A model generated the notes under the pieces. It was not told where the DNA came from. It saw only the letters and a program-made list of their open reading frames with translations, and did not search any database. A DNA stretch of 62,744 nucleotides, counting the filler, from a bacterium (GTDB lineage: Bacteria; JBDRGX01), in NCBI GenBank assembly GCA_043817485.1. It is 7 parts of 7 records of this genome, joined end to end, with 100 filler letters (N's around TTAATTAATTAA, not from the genome) between each part and the next. Parts side by side here need not be neighbours in the genome. Positions count along the whole stretch, not along the records: positions 19,981 to 25,429 come from JBDRGX010000111.1; positions 25,530 to 33,409 come from JBDRGX010000112.1; 5 more parts are not named here. One strand, written 5' to 3'. How positions within the stretch are numbered: the stretch's first letter is position 1; the number at the start of each line of letters is the position of its first letter. Below, piece after piece: positions 21,792 through 31,765 of the stretch. Position numbers and translations under genes: made by a program.

Positions 21792-21877
21792 GAGACCGTT
21801 TCATAATCATGTGATTTTGTTTTTTTATATACATCTAATTGTAAAAAGTAGTTTTTTTTCAATTAAGACATGGTTTC
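21792..21877 (+). mobile_element. Short MITE-like element (degenerate copy)
   Basis: GAGACCGTTTCATAA...TTAAGACATGGTTTC; interior aligns with 57412-57492. Confidence 0.65.
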
Positions 21878-22015
21878 TTGGGATTAATACAGAAGATGAA
21901 AAAAATCAAGAATATCTACCTACTTTTTCGTCAATGAGAAACAGGTAATCCCAACCATGAAGGGGTGATATTGTTGTAGCATATAATATGTGCGGGAATT
22001 TAGGATTAATTTTTC

Positions 22016-22044
22016 TTGACAGAATAAAAAATAAATTATAAACT
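22016..22044 (+). promoter_or_regulatory. Putative sigma70 promoter of fabG-hisS
   Basis: TTGACA-N17-TAAACT. Confidence 0.5.
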
Positions 22045-22072
22045 TATATGTTTTTATAAAAAATCAAATGAT

Positions 22073-22828
22073 TTGGAGGGTTTAAAAGTGAAATTAGAAG
22101 GAAAAGTAGCTTTAATTACAGGAGCATCACAAGGAATTGGTAGAAATATTGCTTTATTTCTTGCAGAAAATGGTGCTAATATTATTGGCTTAGATGTAGA
22201 TGAAAAGGGATTAGAAAAACTTAGCATAGAAATCAAAGAAAAAGGACAAGATGTTTTAGTTTTAAAAGTAGATGTAAGTAATTTAATAGAAGTAGAACAA
22301 GCAAAAAATGAAATATTAAAAAAGTTTTCTAATATAAATATTTTGGTTAATAATGCTGGAATTACGCGTGATAATTTATTAATTAGAATGAGTCAAGAAG
22401 AATGGCAAAAAGTCATAGATATAAATTTAACAGGGCCTTTTAATTTAACAAAAATTATTGGGAAAGAAATGATTAAGCAAAAATCAGGCGTTATTATCAA
22501 TATATCTTCTGTAATTGGAATAATGGGAAATTTAGGACAAGCTAATTATGCTGCTTCAAAAGCTGGATTAATTGGGTTAACTAAAACAACAGCAAAAGAA
22601 TTTTCTCGTAGAGGAATTAGAGTTAATGCAATTGCTCCTGGATTTATTGAAACAAAAATGACTGATAAATTGTCAATGGAAGCAAAAGAAAATTTATTTA
22701 ATCAAATTCCTTTACAAAGATTAGGGCAACCACAAGATATAGCAAATTTAGTTTTATTTTTATCTTCGGATGATTCAAGTTATATTACAGGACAAGTAAT
22801 TCAAGTAGATGGTGGTTTGGTAATGTAA
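22073..22828 (+). CDS. fabG: 3-oxoacyl-ACP reductase
   Basis: TGASQGIG, NNAGITRD, YAASKAG, PGFIET.MT. Confidence 0.95.
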   Translation: MEGLKVKLEGKVALITGASQGIGRNIALFLAENGANIIGLDVDEKGLEKLSIEIKEKGQDVLVLKVDVSNLIEVEQAKNEILKKFSNINILVNNAGITRDNLLIRMSQEEWQKVIDINLTGPFNLTKIIGKEMIKQKSGVIINISSVIGIMGNLGQANYAASKAGLIGLTKTTAKEFSRRGIRVNAIAPGFIETKMTDKLSMEAKENLFNQIPLQRLGQPQDIANLVLFLSSDDSSYITGQVIQVDGGLVM

Positions 22829-22829
22829 T

Positions 22830-24092
22830 ATGGAAATAAAAACTCTTAGAGGAATAAAAGATATTTTGCCAGTTGAAATTAAAAAATGGCAATATGTTGA
22901 ATTAAATTGTCGAAAAATATTGGAAAATTTTAATTTTTCTGAAATTAGAACTCCAATTTTTGAAAAAACAGAATTATTTATTCGAAGTGTTGGCAAAAGC
23001 TCTGATATTGTTAATAAGGAAATGTACACTTTTATTGATAAAGGTGGAGAAAGTATTACATTAAAACCAGAAGGAACTGCTTCTGTAATAAGAGCATATT
23101 TAGAACATAAAATGTATGCTCAAGAACAAATTACAAAATTATATTATTTTTCGCCGATGTTTAGATATGAACGTCCTCAATCTGGTAGATATAGACAGCA
23201 TTATCAATTAGGTGTAGAAGTTATTGGAACAAAAAACTTTATTATAGATTTAGAAATTTTTATTTTAATTACAACTATTCTTGAAACTTTAGGAATGAAA
23301 AATTTTGAAATTAAAATAAATAGTGTTGGTTGTAATATTTGTCGAAATAAATATATCGAAGTTTTAAAAGAAAGTATTTTTTCAAATATTTCTTCTTTTT
23401 GCGAAGATTGTCAAAATAGATTTAAAATCAATCCCTTAAGAATATTAGATTGTAAAAAAGATAATTGTCGTGCTTTACTTCAAAAAGGCCCTTTTATAAA
23501 AGATTTTCTTTGTTCTGAATGCAAAGATCATCATTTAAAACTTATTAAGTATCTTGATTTTTTTAAGGTTAAATATGTATTAGATTCTTTTTTAGTTAGA
23601 GGGCTTGATTATTATACTAAAACAGTATTTGAAATTACTTCTCCTTTTTTGGGCGCACAAAATTCTTTTGGTGGTGGAGGTAGATACGATAAATTAGTTC
23701 AAGAATTAGGTGGCAATGATATTTCATGTATTGGTTTTTCTTTTGGATTAGAAAGATTAATTCAAGCAATGGAAAAAAGTAATGTTAATTTTCCTGAAAA
23801 AAAAGAAATAGAATTTTATTTTGTTTATTTAGGAGAGAAAGCATTAGAAAAAATAATAGAATTAGTTTTTTTATTTAGAACTAAAAATTATTATGTTCAT
23901 TTTTCTTATGAAAATGTTAGTTTTAAAAATCAACTTAAACAAGCTAATAAATTAGGTGTAAAATATTGTTTAATTTTAGGAGAAAATGAACTTCAAAAAG
24001 AATTGATTTTATTAAAAGATATGGAACAAGGAATACAAGAAGAAGTTAGCTTGCAAAATTTAGTAAAAAAACTCGAAGAATTGGTAAAATAA
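22830..24092 (+). CDS. hisS: Histidyl-tRNA synthetase
   Basis: PEGTA, FRYERPQSGRYRQ, LVRGLDYY, GGGRYD, anticodon-binding domain. Confidence 0.97.
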   Translation: MEIKTLRGIKDILPVEIKKWQYVELNCRKILENFNFSEIRTPIFEKTELFIRSVGKSSDIVNKEMYTFIDKGGESITLKPEGTASVIRAYLEHKMYAQEQITKLYYFSPMFRYERPQSGRYRQHYQLGVEVIGTKNFIIDLEIFILITTILETLGMKNFEIKINSVGCNICRNKYIEVLKESIFSNISSFCEDCQNRFKINPLRILDCKKDNCRALLQKGPFIKDFLCSECKDHHLKLIKYLDFFKVKYVLDSFLVRGLDYYTKTVFEITSPFLGAQNSFGGGGRYDKLVQELGGNDISCIGFSFGLERLIQAMEKSNVNFPEKKEIEFYFVYLGEKALEKIIELVFLFRTKNYYVHFSYENVSFKNQLKQANKLGVKYCLILGENELQKELILLKDMEQGIQEEVSLQNLVKKLEELVK

Positions 24093-24180
24093 AGATATAG
24101 CCTATTAGGCTGTAAACTATTAGGAAAAAAATTTATAATTGACAAAAATTAAGTTTTTAGAGATAATTAATTTATAAATT

Positions 24181-25260
24181 ATGAAAAATTATACACCAAT
24201 ATTATTGCCAATAAATAATTTTAAGTGGGATGTTTTTGTTCATTTGATTGGTAAAGCAAATGCAGAGATAGGGCGTTTTGATGGGTTATTGAAAAAAATC
24301 CCAAATCCATCTGTACTTTTGAGCCCATTAACTACAAATGAAGCTGTTTTATCTTCTCGCATTGAGGGAACACAAGCCACATTAAAAGAAGTTTTGGAAT
24401 TTGAAGCTAATCCTCAAAAAGGGACTAAAAAATACGAGGATATTCAAGAAGTTATTAATTATAGAAAAGCATTAAAAGAAGCGATTGATGAAATGGAAAA
24501 ATTTTCACTTTCAACTCGCGTCATTAAAAAAGCTCATAAAATTTTGTTGCAAGGAGTAAGAGGAAAAAATAAAAACAAAGGAAATTTTAGGCAGCAACAA
24601 GTTTTTATTGGAAAACTTGGCGCAAATATTGAACAAGCAATTTATATTCCACCGATTGCAGAAAAAATCAATGATTTAATGTCCAATCTTGAAAAATATA
24701 TTCATAGTGATGATAAAGACTTGCTTATTCAACTTGCTATTATTCACGCTCAATTTGAAATAATTCACCCTTTTATGGATGGCAATGGAAGAGTTGGTAG
24801 AATGTTAATACCATTATTTTTATATTTCAAAAAAGCCATTTTTTATCCATCGTTTTATTTAAGTGAATATTTGGAATCTCATAGAGAAGAATATTACAAA
24901 ACATTGCTTGATATTTCTAAAAATAACAATTGGGAAAATTGGATTAGCTTTTTTCTTCAAGCTGTACTTGAACAAGCCAAAAAAAATATTGAAAAGGCAG
25001 AAAAAATAATTAATTTGTATGAACAGAAAAAACAACGAATAATGGATTTAATTAAATCTCAATTTAACATTAAAATTTTGGATGCACTTTTTGTAATGCC
25101 TATTTTCCAAAGTGAAGATTTTATAAAAATTACTAAAATATCAAAAAGAAGTGTTTTTAGATATATTGGAATATTGGAAAAAAATGGCGTAATATCGTCA
25201 AGTAAAAAAATGAAAAATAAACTTTATTTTTTTAATAAGTTATTAGATATAATTAAATAA
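24181..25260 (+). CDS. Fic-domain protein (N-terminal inhibitory helix, C-terminal HTH)
   Basis: Canonical HPFMDGNGRVGR; SSRIEG inhibitory motif; own promoter TTGACA(24139)-N17-GATAAT. Confidence 0.93.
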   Translation: MKNYTPILLPINNFKWDVFVHLIGKANAEIGRFDGLLKKIPNPSVLLSPLTTNEAVLSSRIEGTQATLKEVLEFEANPQKGTKKYEDIQEVINYRKALKEAIDEMEKFSLSTRVIKKAHKILLQGVRGKNKNKGNFRQQQVFIGKLGANIEQAIYIPPIAEKINDLMSNLEKYIHSDDKDLLIQLAIIHAQFEIIHPFMDGNGRVGRMLIPLFLYFKKAIFYPSFYLSEYLESHREEYYKTLLDISKNNNWENWISFFLQAVLEQAKKNIEKAEKIINLYEQKKQRIMDLIKSQFNIKILDALFVMPIFQSEDFIKITKISKRSVFRYIGILEKNGVISSSKKMKNKLYFFNKLLDIIK

Positions 25261-25374
25261 AATATATGGCACTATGAAAAATTATAATGCCATAAAATAA
25301 AATATATGGCACTATGAAAAATTATAATGCCATAAAATAAAATATATGGCACTATGAAAAACTATAATGCCATA
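25261..25374 (+). repeat. Tandem array, ~3 x 40 bp, each unit palindromic
   Basis: AATATATGGCACTATGAAAAATTATAATGCCATAAAATAA at 25261 and 25301; third copy from 25341 has one substitution and a truncated tail. Confidence 0.95.
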
Positions 25375-25429
25375 TATGAGTAAAATAACTTAATTATATT
25401 ATAAAAAATAAAAAGGAAAAAAATGAATC

Positions 25430-25529
25430 NNNNNNNNNNNNNNNNNNNNNNNNNNNNNNNNNNNNNNNNNNNNTTAATTAATTAANNNNNNNNNNNNNNN
25501 NNNNNNNNNNNNNNNNNNNNNNNNNNNNN
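25430..25529. other. Assembly spacer
   Basis: N44-TTAATTAATTAA-N44. Confidence 0.97.
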
Positions 25530-26124
25530 TGCTGGTGTGAAAAGTGGTTTTTTACAATCCAAAAATGAAAAACTGATAACAAGCCAGAAAATTAGTAATT
25601 CTTCTTTTGCTGAAATTGAAAATATGCTTAAACGAATTGAAAAAAAAAATGCTCCTGCAGAAAAAATGGGAGCTATGTGTTATAAGATGGCTATGCCTCC
25701 AAAATATCAAGAATATGTTTGTCCTATAGATGGAGAAAAAACGGTTTATAGCAGAGAAAATATGGAGATTTACAATTGTATTGACGACATTGTGAAAATG
25801 AGACGTTTAATAGAACATATAAATTCTGTAACGAATTTAGCAAAGTTTACACTGGATGAAAAACAGTTATGTCATATATGTTGCCCAAATATTAAAACAA
25901 ACGAAAGATATATTTCTTTAATAATTAAATATCCTGATAATAAAGAATATCGGTATAACAAGGTTATAACCGAAGATTTGCAAATATTAAAAGGATTTTT
26001 TGAAAAAAAACTTGATTACGAAGGTGATAGAGGTAGTCAGATACCACTTAAAGAAGAGATAAAAAGAATTAAAAAAATATTAGGTATTGAAATTAGCATT
26101 CCTGAAAAAGAAAACAAAAAATGA
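25530..26124 (+). CDS. Hypothetical Cys-motif protein, probably N-terminally truncated
   Basis: 195-aa ORF at contig start; MGAMCY, YVCPIDG, LCHICCP. Confidence 0.65.
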
Positions 26125-26153
26125 TAGACGCTTGTATTGTAAAAACAAGGCCA

Positions 26154-26220
26154 GTAGGAACAGGAAATTGTTCCCTGTCCGTTGTAAAAAATTACGGACA
26201 ATCACAAAGATTGTCCGTAC
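26154..26220. repeat. GTAG-type REP-like hairpins between convergent genes
   Basis: GTAGGAACAGG..CCCTGTCCGTTGTA (inverted relative at 19408-19439) and perfect TACGGACAATC-N5-GATTGTCCGTA. Confidence 0.6.
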
Positions 26221-26288
26221 AAGAATCATTAATAATAGGTTTGATAATTTGCAATATTTTATTTTTGATTGCAACTTGATATTAAAAA

Positions 26289-28883
26289 TTAATCTTCTGC
26301 ATCTTCTATTTCTTGTAAAACAAGTTTTTTCAATGGTCTAATTTTTCGATATATTTCTTGTGGAGTTTTCTTCTCTCCATTTACTTTCAAAAGATGATAT
26401 TCAACAGAAATCCCAAAAAGATTTTCATTTTCTTTCAAATAAGGCAAAATAAGCTGCCAATCTGCTTCTTCAAGAGAAACTATTTCGCCTCCATTTAATT
26501 GTTCTTCAACAATTTGTTTTTCTGGATCTCTTATGTAAATTGCTCCACCAGACGCTAATGAAAAAAGATTAGATCCGGGATAAGAAATTGCTAATGGTTG
26601 TATTTTTCCTTCATCATCAAATTCTAATGCATTTACAACAACAAATCCTCCATTATTAAGAGGATCTCCAGCCATAAACGATTCTGCTAAATAATCTAAA
26701 GAAGTTCCATTTATAATTACTCGTGGACTACCAACAGCATTTATAAGTGGTCTTCCAGCAGTATTTCCTAAAACATAAACTTCTCCACCTTTTGCTCCAT
26801 ACAAAAATGTTTGACCAACATCCCCATAAATAACTAATTTTCCTGCTTTAATAATTTGTGCTAATTGATCCTGTCCATTACCATAAATTTTAATTTCCAT
26901 TCCATCAATTCCAGAACTTATATAATCTCCAGAAGAACCATAAATTTCCATTTTAACTTTATGAGTATTAGCTCCAAAACCAGCTCCTAAAAATCTTTGT
27001 CCTTGTAAATTATAAATAATAAATTCTTTCCAATTTAATTTATATGCTTTTACTAAAAATTGACATAAACTTTCTTTTCCTTCTGGAGGAAAAGAAAAAG
27101 CATTAATTACAAGAATTTTTTGTTCACTTAAAGAAGTAGATAAATTTTCTTTATTCACCCAATTAATATGTTTATAACAACTTTTTTCTATAGAATCAAC
27201 TGATGAGAAAATTTTATAAAGTGTTTTAATAATTATTTGTAAAATAGAACTTCTTTTTTTATTCCCTGTAGCAAATCGTCTATTATAAAGTAAAGTTAAT
27301 ACTTCAATAGCCATTAAAGTATTTTTCTTGTTTGATAAAGAAATTGTTACAATGATTTCACAAACAATTCGAAAAGTATAAAATCCCCAACTACTTAAAC
27401 TATTTTTAAGATATTCAAATAATTCATAAGAAGTTCCTTGAATGAAAAAGTCTAATATTTTTTCTTTAAGTTCATTATCAAAAGAAGTAGAAATTTCTAC
27501 TCGAAAATCACAATGTACTTGTTCTTTATTAATGTTTATTTCTTTACCAAATTTATCTTGACAAATTAAATTTTTATTAATTGGATCAACAGTAAAAATA
27601 AAAGAGCCACCATCAGTATAACTTCCACCTCTTGCATTCCAATATTTATCAGCAATTGGACAAATTCTTTTGTCTTCAGAAGATAAACTTTCTAATGCTG
27701 CATCTATAGCTTGCTTTTCAGAACCAATAAGTCCAATTTGAATTTTTCCTTTTTGAATAGCAAATACTTGAGGTCGTAACATAGCAGTATCTGTAATTCC
27801 AACAAGTTGATACAATTTTTGTTCTGGTAAAGTTCTTGCAATAATAAAAAACCAAGGACCATCTGGAGATCCATGAATATGAGTTGATTGAATATGTTTA
27901 TAAATTTTTTGTTTTTTTTCTGGCAAAATATCAAAATCTCTTTCTGTAGTCGGAGCCAATGCTTCAATAATATATTCTAAAGGATACCCACAAGTTCTAT
28001 GCCAAAAATCAAATAATAAAACAGAGACTTCTGTATCAGTTAAAAAAAGAGGATATATATTTCGCTGTTTTAAATATTCTGTTGTAGAATAATAATTAGC
28101 AAAATCACCATTATGAACTAATGCTTCATTAAGCCCTATAAAAGGATGTGCTCCTCCTGGATGCCAAACTCTTCCTTTAGTTGGATATCTTTGATGAGCA
28201 ATCCAAATATGTGCTTTAAAATTTTCTAATTTGTAATATTTTATTACTTGTTCTGCATAGCCAACAATCTTCAAAATCATTATATTTTTTCCATGAGATA
28301 AAACAAACGCCTTTTTTTCACCTAAAGAAGCATAATATTTAGTATTTATTCGAAAACTATTTTGATAAACAAATTCATCTTCTGCTTGCATTAAAGTCAT
28401 TTTTTGAAAATTATTTTCTTTTATAAATTGTTCTAATACTTCTTTTTTGACTTTTACAAAATAGCGACAAATATCTGGTGGTTTATTTTCCAAACCATCT
28501 ATTTCTCTATAATCAGAAATAGTATCTAATTTTTCTTGATGATTTATATCAAAATATGGTTTAATAAATTCTTCTTCTATTTTTGATTGAATTTCGATAT
28601 CAAGCAAAGCTATTTGAAGCAAATAATTATTATCCAATATTTCTTGATCTATTCCTAAATCTTCTGCACAAAGACCTGTAGCAGCAATTCCTCCACCTTT
28701 TCCATTTCCTCTATTATGCATTTGAACAGAAGGAGTAAATATGTGATTCCCTTTTATGGGATATGAAGAAATAAGACCAATAACTCCACACCCACCTTCT
28801 TCTTCTTTTTTATGCAAAGGAAAAGAAGGTAAATTATTCATATTTTTTTTTCTCGAACAAATTATTTTTTCTATTTCTTGCAT
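26289..28883 (-). CDS. Glutamate synthase-related fusion: class II amidotransferase (GltB1) + GXGXG (GltB3) domains
   Basis: GGCGVIG, HQRYPT, AHPF, HNGD, DTE, C-terminal GXGXG repeats (GQTFLYGAKGG, DYLAESFMAG); no FMN barrel recognisable. Confidence 0.85.
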   Translation of the reverse strand: MQEIEKIICSRKKNMNNLPSFPLHKKEEEGGCGVIGLISSYPIKGNHIFTPSVQMHNRGNGKGGGIAATGLCAEDLGIDQEILDNNYLLQIALLDIEIQSKIEEEFIKPYFDINHQEKLDTISDYREIDGLENKPPDICRYFVKVKKEVLEQFIKENNFQKMTLMQAEDEFVYQNSFRINTKYYASLGEKKAFVLSHGKNIMILKIVGYAEQVIKYYKLENFKAHIWIAHQRYPTKGRVWHPGGAHPFIGLNEALVHNGDFANYYSTTEYLKQRNIYPLFLTDTEVSVLLFDFWHRTCGYPLEYIIEALAPTTERDFDILPEKKQKIYKHIQSTHIHGSPDGPWFFIIARTLPEQKLYQLVGITDTAMLRPQVFAIQKGKIQIGLIGSEKQAIDAALESLSSEDKRICPIADKYWNARGGSYTDGGSFIFTVDPINKNLICQDKFGKEININKEQVHCDFRVEISTSFDNELKEKILDFFIQGTSYELFEYLKNSLSSWGFYTFRIVCEIIVTISLSNKKNTLMAIEVLTLLYNRRFATGNKKRSSILQIIIKTLYKIFSSVDSIEKSCYKHINWVNKENLSTSLSEQKILVINAFSFPPEGKESLCQFLVKAYKLNWKEFIIYNLQGQRFLGAGFGANTHKVKMEIYGSSGDYISSGIDGMEIKIYGNGQDQLAQIIKAGKLVIYGDVGQTFLYGAKGGEVYVLGNTAGRPLINAVGSPRVIINGTSLDYLAESFMAGDPLNNGGFVVVNALEFDDEGKIQPLAISYPGSNLFSLASGGAIYIRDPEKQIVEEQLNGGEIVSLEEADWQLILPYLKENENLFGISVEYHLLKVNGEKKTPQEIYRKIRPLKKLVLQEIEDAED

Positions 28884-28923
28884 CTCATCTCCCTATTGAT
28901 TATTATTATAAAATATCTATTTT

Positions 28924-30300
28924 TTATATAAATTTTTCTAAAACATTTTTCTCAACATTATTATTATATTTAATAGGATATTTTCCATTAAAACAAGCTG
29001 TACAAAAATCTTTTTTAGGTAAAAGCATAGAATCAAGCATACCTTCTAAACTTAAATATTTTAAACCATCTAATCCTAAAATTTTTTGAATTTGTTCAAC
29101 TGATTGGTGAGCAGCAATTAATTCTTTATTATCAGGAAAATCAATTCCATAAAAACATGGAAACTTTATCGGTGGACAACTTACTCCCATATAAATTTTT
29201 TTAGCTCCAAATTCTCTCAACATATTTATTCTATTCTGAATAGTAGTTCCCCTTACAATAGAATCTTCAATAACTACAATTTTTTTTTGTTTTAAAATTT
29301 CTCTAATACCATTTAATTTTATTTTTACTTTAAAATTTCTTACAAATTGAGATGGTTGAATAAAAGTTCTACCAATATAATGATTTCTAATAAGTCCCAT
29401 TTCATAAGGAATTTTAGATTCTTCTGCAAAACCTACTGATGCATAACTACCAGAATCTGGAATAGGAATTACAAAATCTGCATCAATAGAAAATTCTTGT
29501 GCCAATTTTCTTCCTAAATTTTTTCGAGTTAAATAAACATTTTTTCCAAAAATATTACTATCTGGTCTCGCAAAATAAATAAATTCAAAAATACACATAC
29601 TATGTTTTTTTTGTTCAGAAAATTTAATAGATTCTATTCCTTTTTCATTAATAAAAACAATTTCTCCAGGCTCAATTTCCCTTATATATTTTGCTCCAAT
29701 TAAATCTAAAACACAAGTTTCACTAGTTAAAATATAAGATTGTCCAAGTTGTCCTAAACATAAAGGTCTAAAACCAAAAGGATCTCTCATCCCTACTAAA
29801 GTATCATTTATCATCATTACTATAGAATAAGACCCTTTTATTTTAGAAAGAGATTGAATTAATTTTTCTTTATAATCTTTTTTTTTGCTTTGAGTAAAGA
29901 GATGTAAAAGCAATTCAGAATCAGTAGTAGTTTGAAAAATAGATCCTTTATCTTCTAATAGTTTTTTTAATTCAAATGTATTAACAAAATTTCCATTATG
30001 AGCAATTGCAAAACTTTTTCCTTTATGACTTACCAAAATTGGTTGAACATTTTTTAATAAATTTGAACCTGTTGTAGAATATCTTACATGAGCAATAGCC
30101 AAATTACCTTTAATGGATTTAAGAATAGATTCATTAAAAACATTTCCCACTAACCCTAAATTTTTATGAATTTTAGTTTCTTTTCCATCATAAGTTACTA
30201 TTCCAGAACCTTCTTCTCCTCTATGTTGAAGAGCATAAAGTCCAAGATAAGATAAATGAACCGCATCCTCATGCCCATAAATTCCAAATATTCCACACAT
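28924..30300 (-). CDS. purF: Amidophosphoribosyltransferase
   Basis: MCGIFG, LQHRGEE, HVRYST, CIFEFIYFARPDS, EDSIVRGTT, CTACF. Confidence 0.97.
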   Translation of the reverse strand: MCGIFGIYGHEDAVHLSYLGLYALQHRGEEGSGIVTYDGKETKIHKNLGLVGNVFNESILKSIKGNLAIAHVRYSTTGSNLLKNVQPILVSHKGKSFAIAHNGNFVNTFELKKLLEDKGSIFQTTTDSELLLHLFTQSKKKDYKEKLIQSLSKIKGSYSIVMMINDTLVGMRDPFGFRPLCLGQLGQSYILTSETCVLDLIGAKYIREIEPGEIVFINEKGIESIKFSEQKKHSMCIFEFIYFARPDSNIFGKNVYLTRKNLGRKLAQEFSIDADFVIPIPDSGSYASVGFAEESKIPYEMGLIRNHYIGRTFIQPSQFVRNFKVKIKLNGIREILKQKKIVVIEDSIVRGTTIQNRINMLREFGAKKIYMGVSCPPIKFPCFYGIDFPDNKELIAAHQSVEQIQKILGLDGLKYLSLEGMLDSMLLPKKDFCTACFNGKYPIKYNNNVEKNVLEKFI

Positions 30301-30343
30301 ATCAACTCCTTTTTAAATAATAGATTTTTTTATACCAAATTAT

Positions 30344-30465
30344 AATCAAAAATAAAATATTGAAAATTTTTCTTTTTTGTTTTGTATTTTGTTTTAAACA
30401 TTCGAATTTATTTTAAATTATAAATTGAAAAATTTTTTTGTATTTCGAATTTTTTTTTATTGCAA
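30344..30465 (+). repeat. AT-rich dispersed intergenic element (family A)
   Basis: Aligns with 9570-9715. Confidence 0.7.
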
Positions 30466-30472
30466 CTTAGTA

Positions 30473-31765
30473 TTATTCAGATTTAATAATAATAGCAGTA
30501 TAAGCTTTAAAATATTTTTCTGCTACTTTTTTAATATCTTGAATAGATACTTTTCTAATTAAATCACAATATTTTTCATCAAATTCATAACCTATATCCA
30601 AAACTTCAAACCAACCTAAATACCAAGCTTGTTTAATTCTATTTTGATGATTTCGTTCAAAAGAATCTATAAGATTTTTTTTTGTTTCTTCTAATTCTTC
30701 TATTCCAATTTTCTCTTCTTTAATTTTTTGCAACTCATCTAAAAGTCCATTAAAACATTGTTCTAAAGTTTTTTCTTTTGTAATAACATTAAAAGCAAAA
30801 AAACTTAAATACTTTCGAGTCGGAAAATAACAACCCAATGAATAAGCTATTTTTCTTTTTTCACAAAATGCAATATATAATCTTGATTTTTTTTCTATTG
30901 CTAAAAGCATTTCAATAACTTTTAATACGGGATAATCACTGTTTATAATACTCGAAACAAGATACCCTAATACAATATATGCTTGTGTAGTATTTTCTTT
31001 TTTTTCTATTTTTTTAGGTAAAAAATTTACATCAGATAAAAAATAATTTTTATTCTCAAAATTTTCTATAGGTTTTAAATTTCCAAAAATATTATTTGTT
31101 TTAATTAATAAATTTTCTTGTGAAAAATCTCCTACTGCTACTAATATCATTTTGTTAGGGACATAATATTTTTGCCAATAATTCAAAATATCATTTCTTG
31201 TAATGATTTTTATTGAATCTTCTGTTCCTTTTATATTACGAGCATAAGGATGATTTTTATAAATATTAGTTTTAAACAAATCATAAGCAAAATTTAAAAA
31301 ATTTTCTTTTTCTTTTTTTATTTCTTGTAAAATTTTTTCTTTTTCATTTTGTATTTCTTCTTGTTCAAATAAAGGATTTTTGATTATATCTTCTATGATT
31401 TCTAAAGATATATCTATATATTGACTAGGAATATCTACAGAAATTTCTGCATAATCTTCTGTAAAAATTATTTTAATTTCACCTCCTAATTTTTTTATTT
31501 TTTCTGTTATTTGAAATTTTTTTTGAGCATCTAATAATGAAAAATGAGTTAAATAAGCAAGTCCAGGAATTTCTTCATCAAAAATTCCTGTTTTTATAAA
31601 TAAATCTAATGTAATCATTTTTGTATTTGTTAATGGTTTTGTAATAAAAACAAATCCATTTTCAAATACAGTTTTTTTTGTTAAATTTTCATTTGTTAAA
31701 TTTTCGCTAAAAGCAAAACCAAATAAACTAAATAAAATAAATAATGAAAATATATGTTTATTCAC
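30473..31765 (-). CDS. Exported M16 (pitrilysin) family protein, Zn motif degenerate
   Basis: Signal peptide; PGLAYLTHF where HxxEH is expected; HPY, YYVPNKMILVAVGD. Confidence 0.85.
   Translation of the reverse strand: MNKHIFSLFILFSLFGFAFSENLTNENLTKKTVFENGFVFITKPLTNTKMITLDLFIKTGIFDEEIPGLAYLTHFSLLDAQKKFQITEKIKKLGGEIKIIFTEDYAEISVDIPSQYIDISLEIIEDIIKNPLFEQEEIQNEKEKILQEIKKEKENFLNFAYDLFKTNIYKNHPYARNIKGTEDSIKIITRNDILNYWQKYYVPNKMILVAVGDFSQENLLIKTNNIFGNLKPIENFENKNYFLSDVNFLPKKIEKKENTTQAYIVLGYLVSSIINSDYPVLKVIEMLLAIEKKSRLYIAFCEKRKIAYSLGCYFPTRKYLSFFAFNVITKEKTLEQCFNGLLDELQKIKEEKIGIEELEETKKNLIDSFERNHQNRIKQAWYLGWFEVLDIGYEFDEKYCDLIRKVSIQDIKKVAEKYFKAYTAIIIKSE

Noticed and set aside
21766-21948. 60-aa ORF after mltG
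   Set aside because: Spans the short MITE; likely a chance frame.
25267-25285. TGGCAC as a sigma54 -24 element (a sigma54 activator is in the window)
   Set aside because: No TTGC at the -12 position; the motif is one arm of a palindrome.
25261-25374. Possible CRISPR or guide-RNA array
   Set aside because: Units are contiguous and essentially identical with no variable spacers; no cas genes nearby.
26080-26341. ORFs 26080..26274 and 26087..26341
   Set aside because: They cover REP hairpins and overlap flanking genes; no coding signal.
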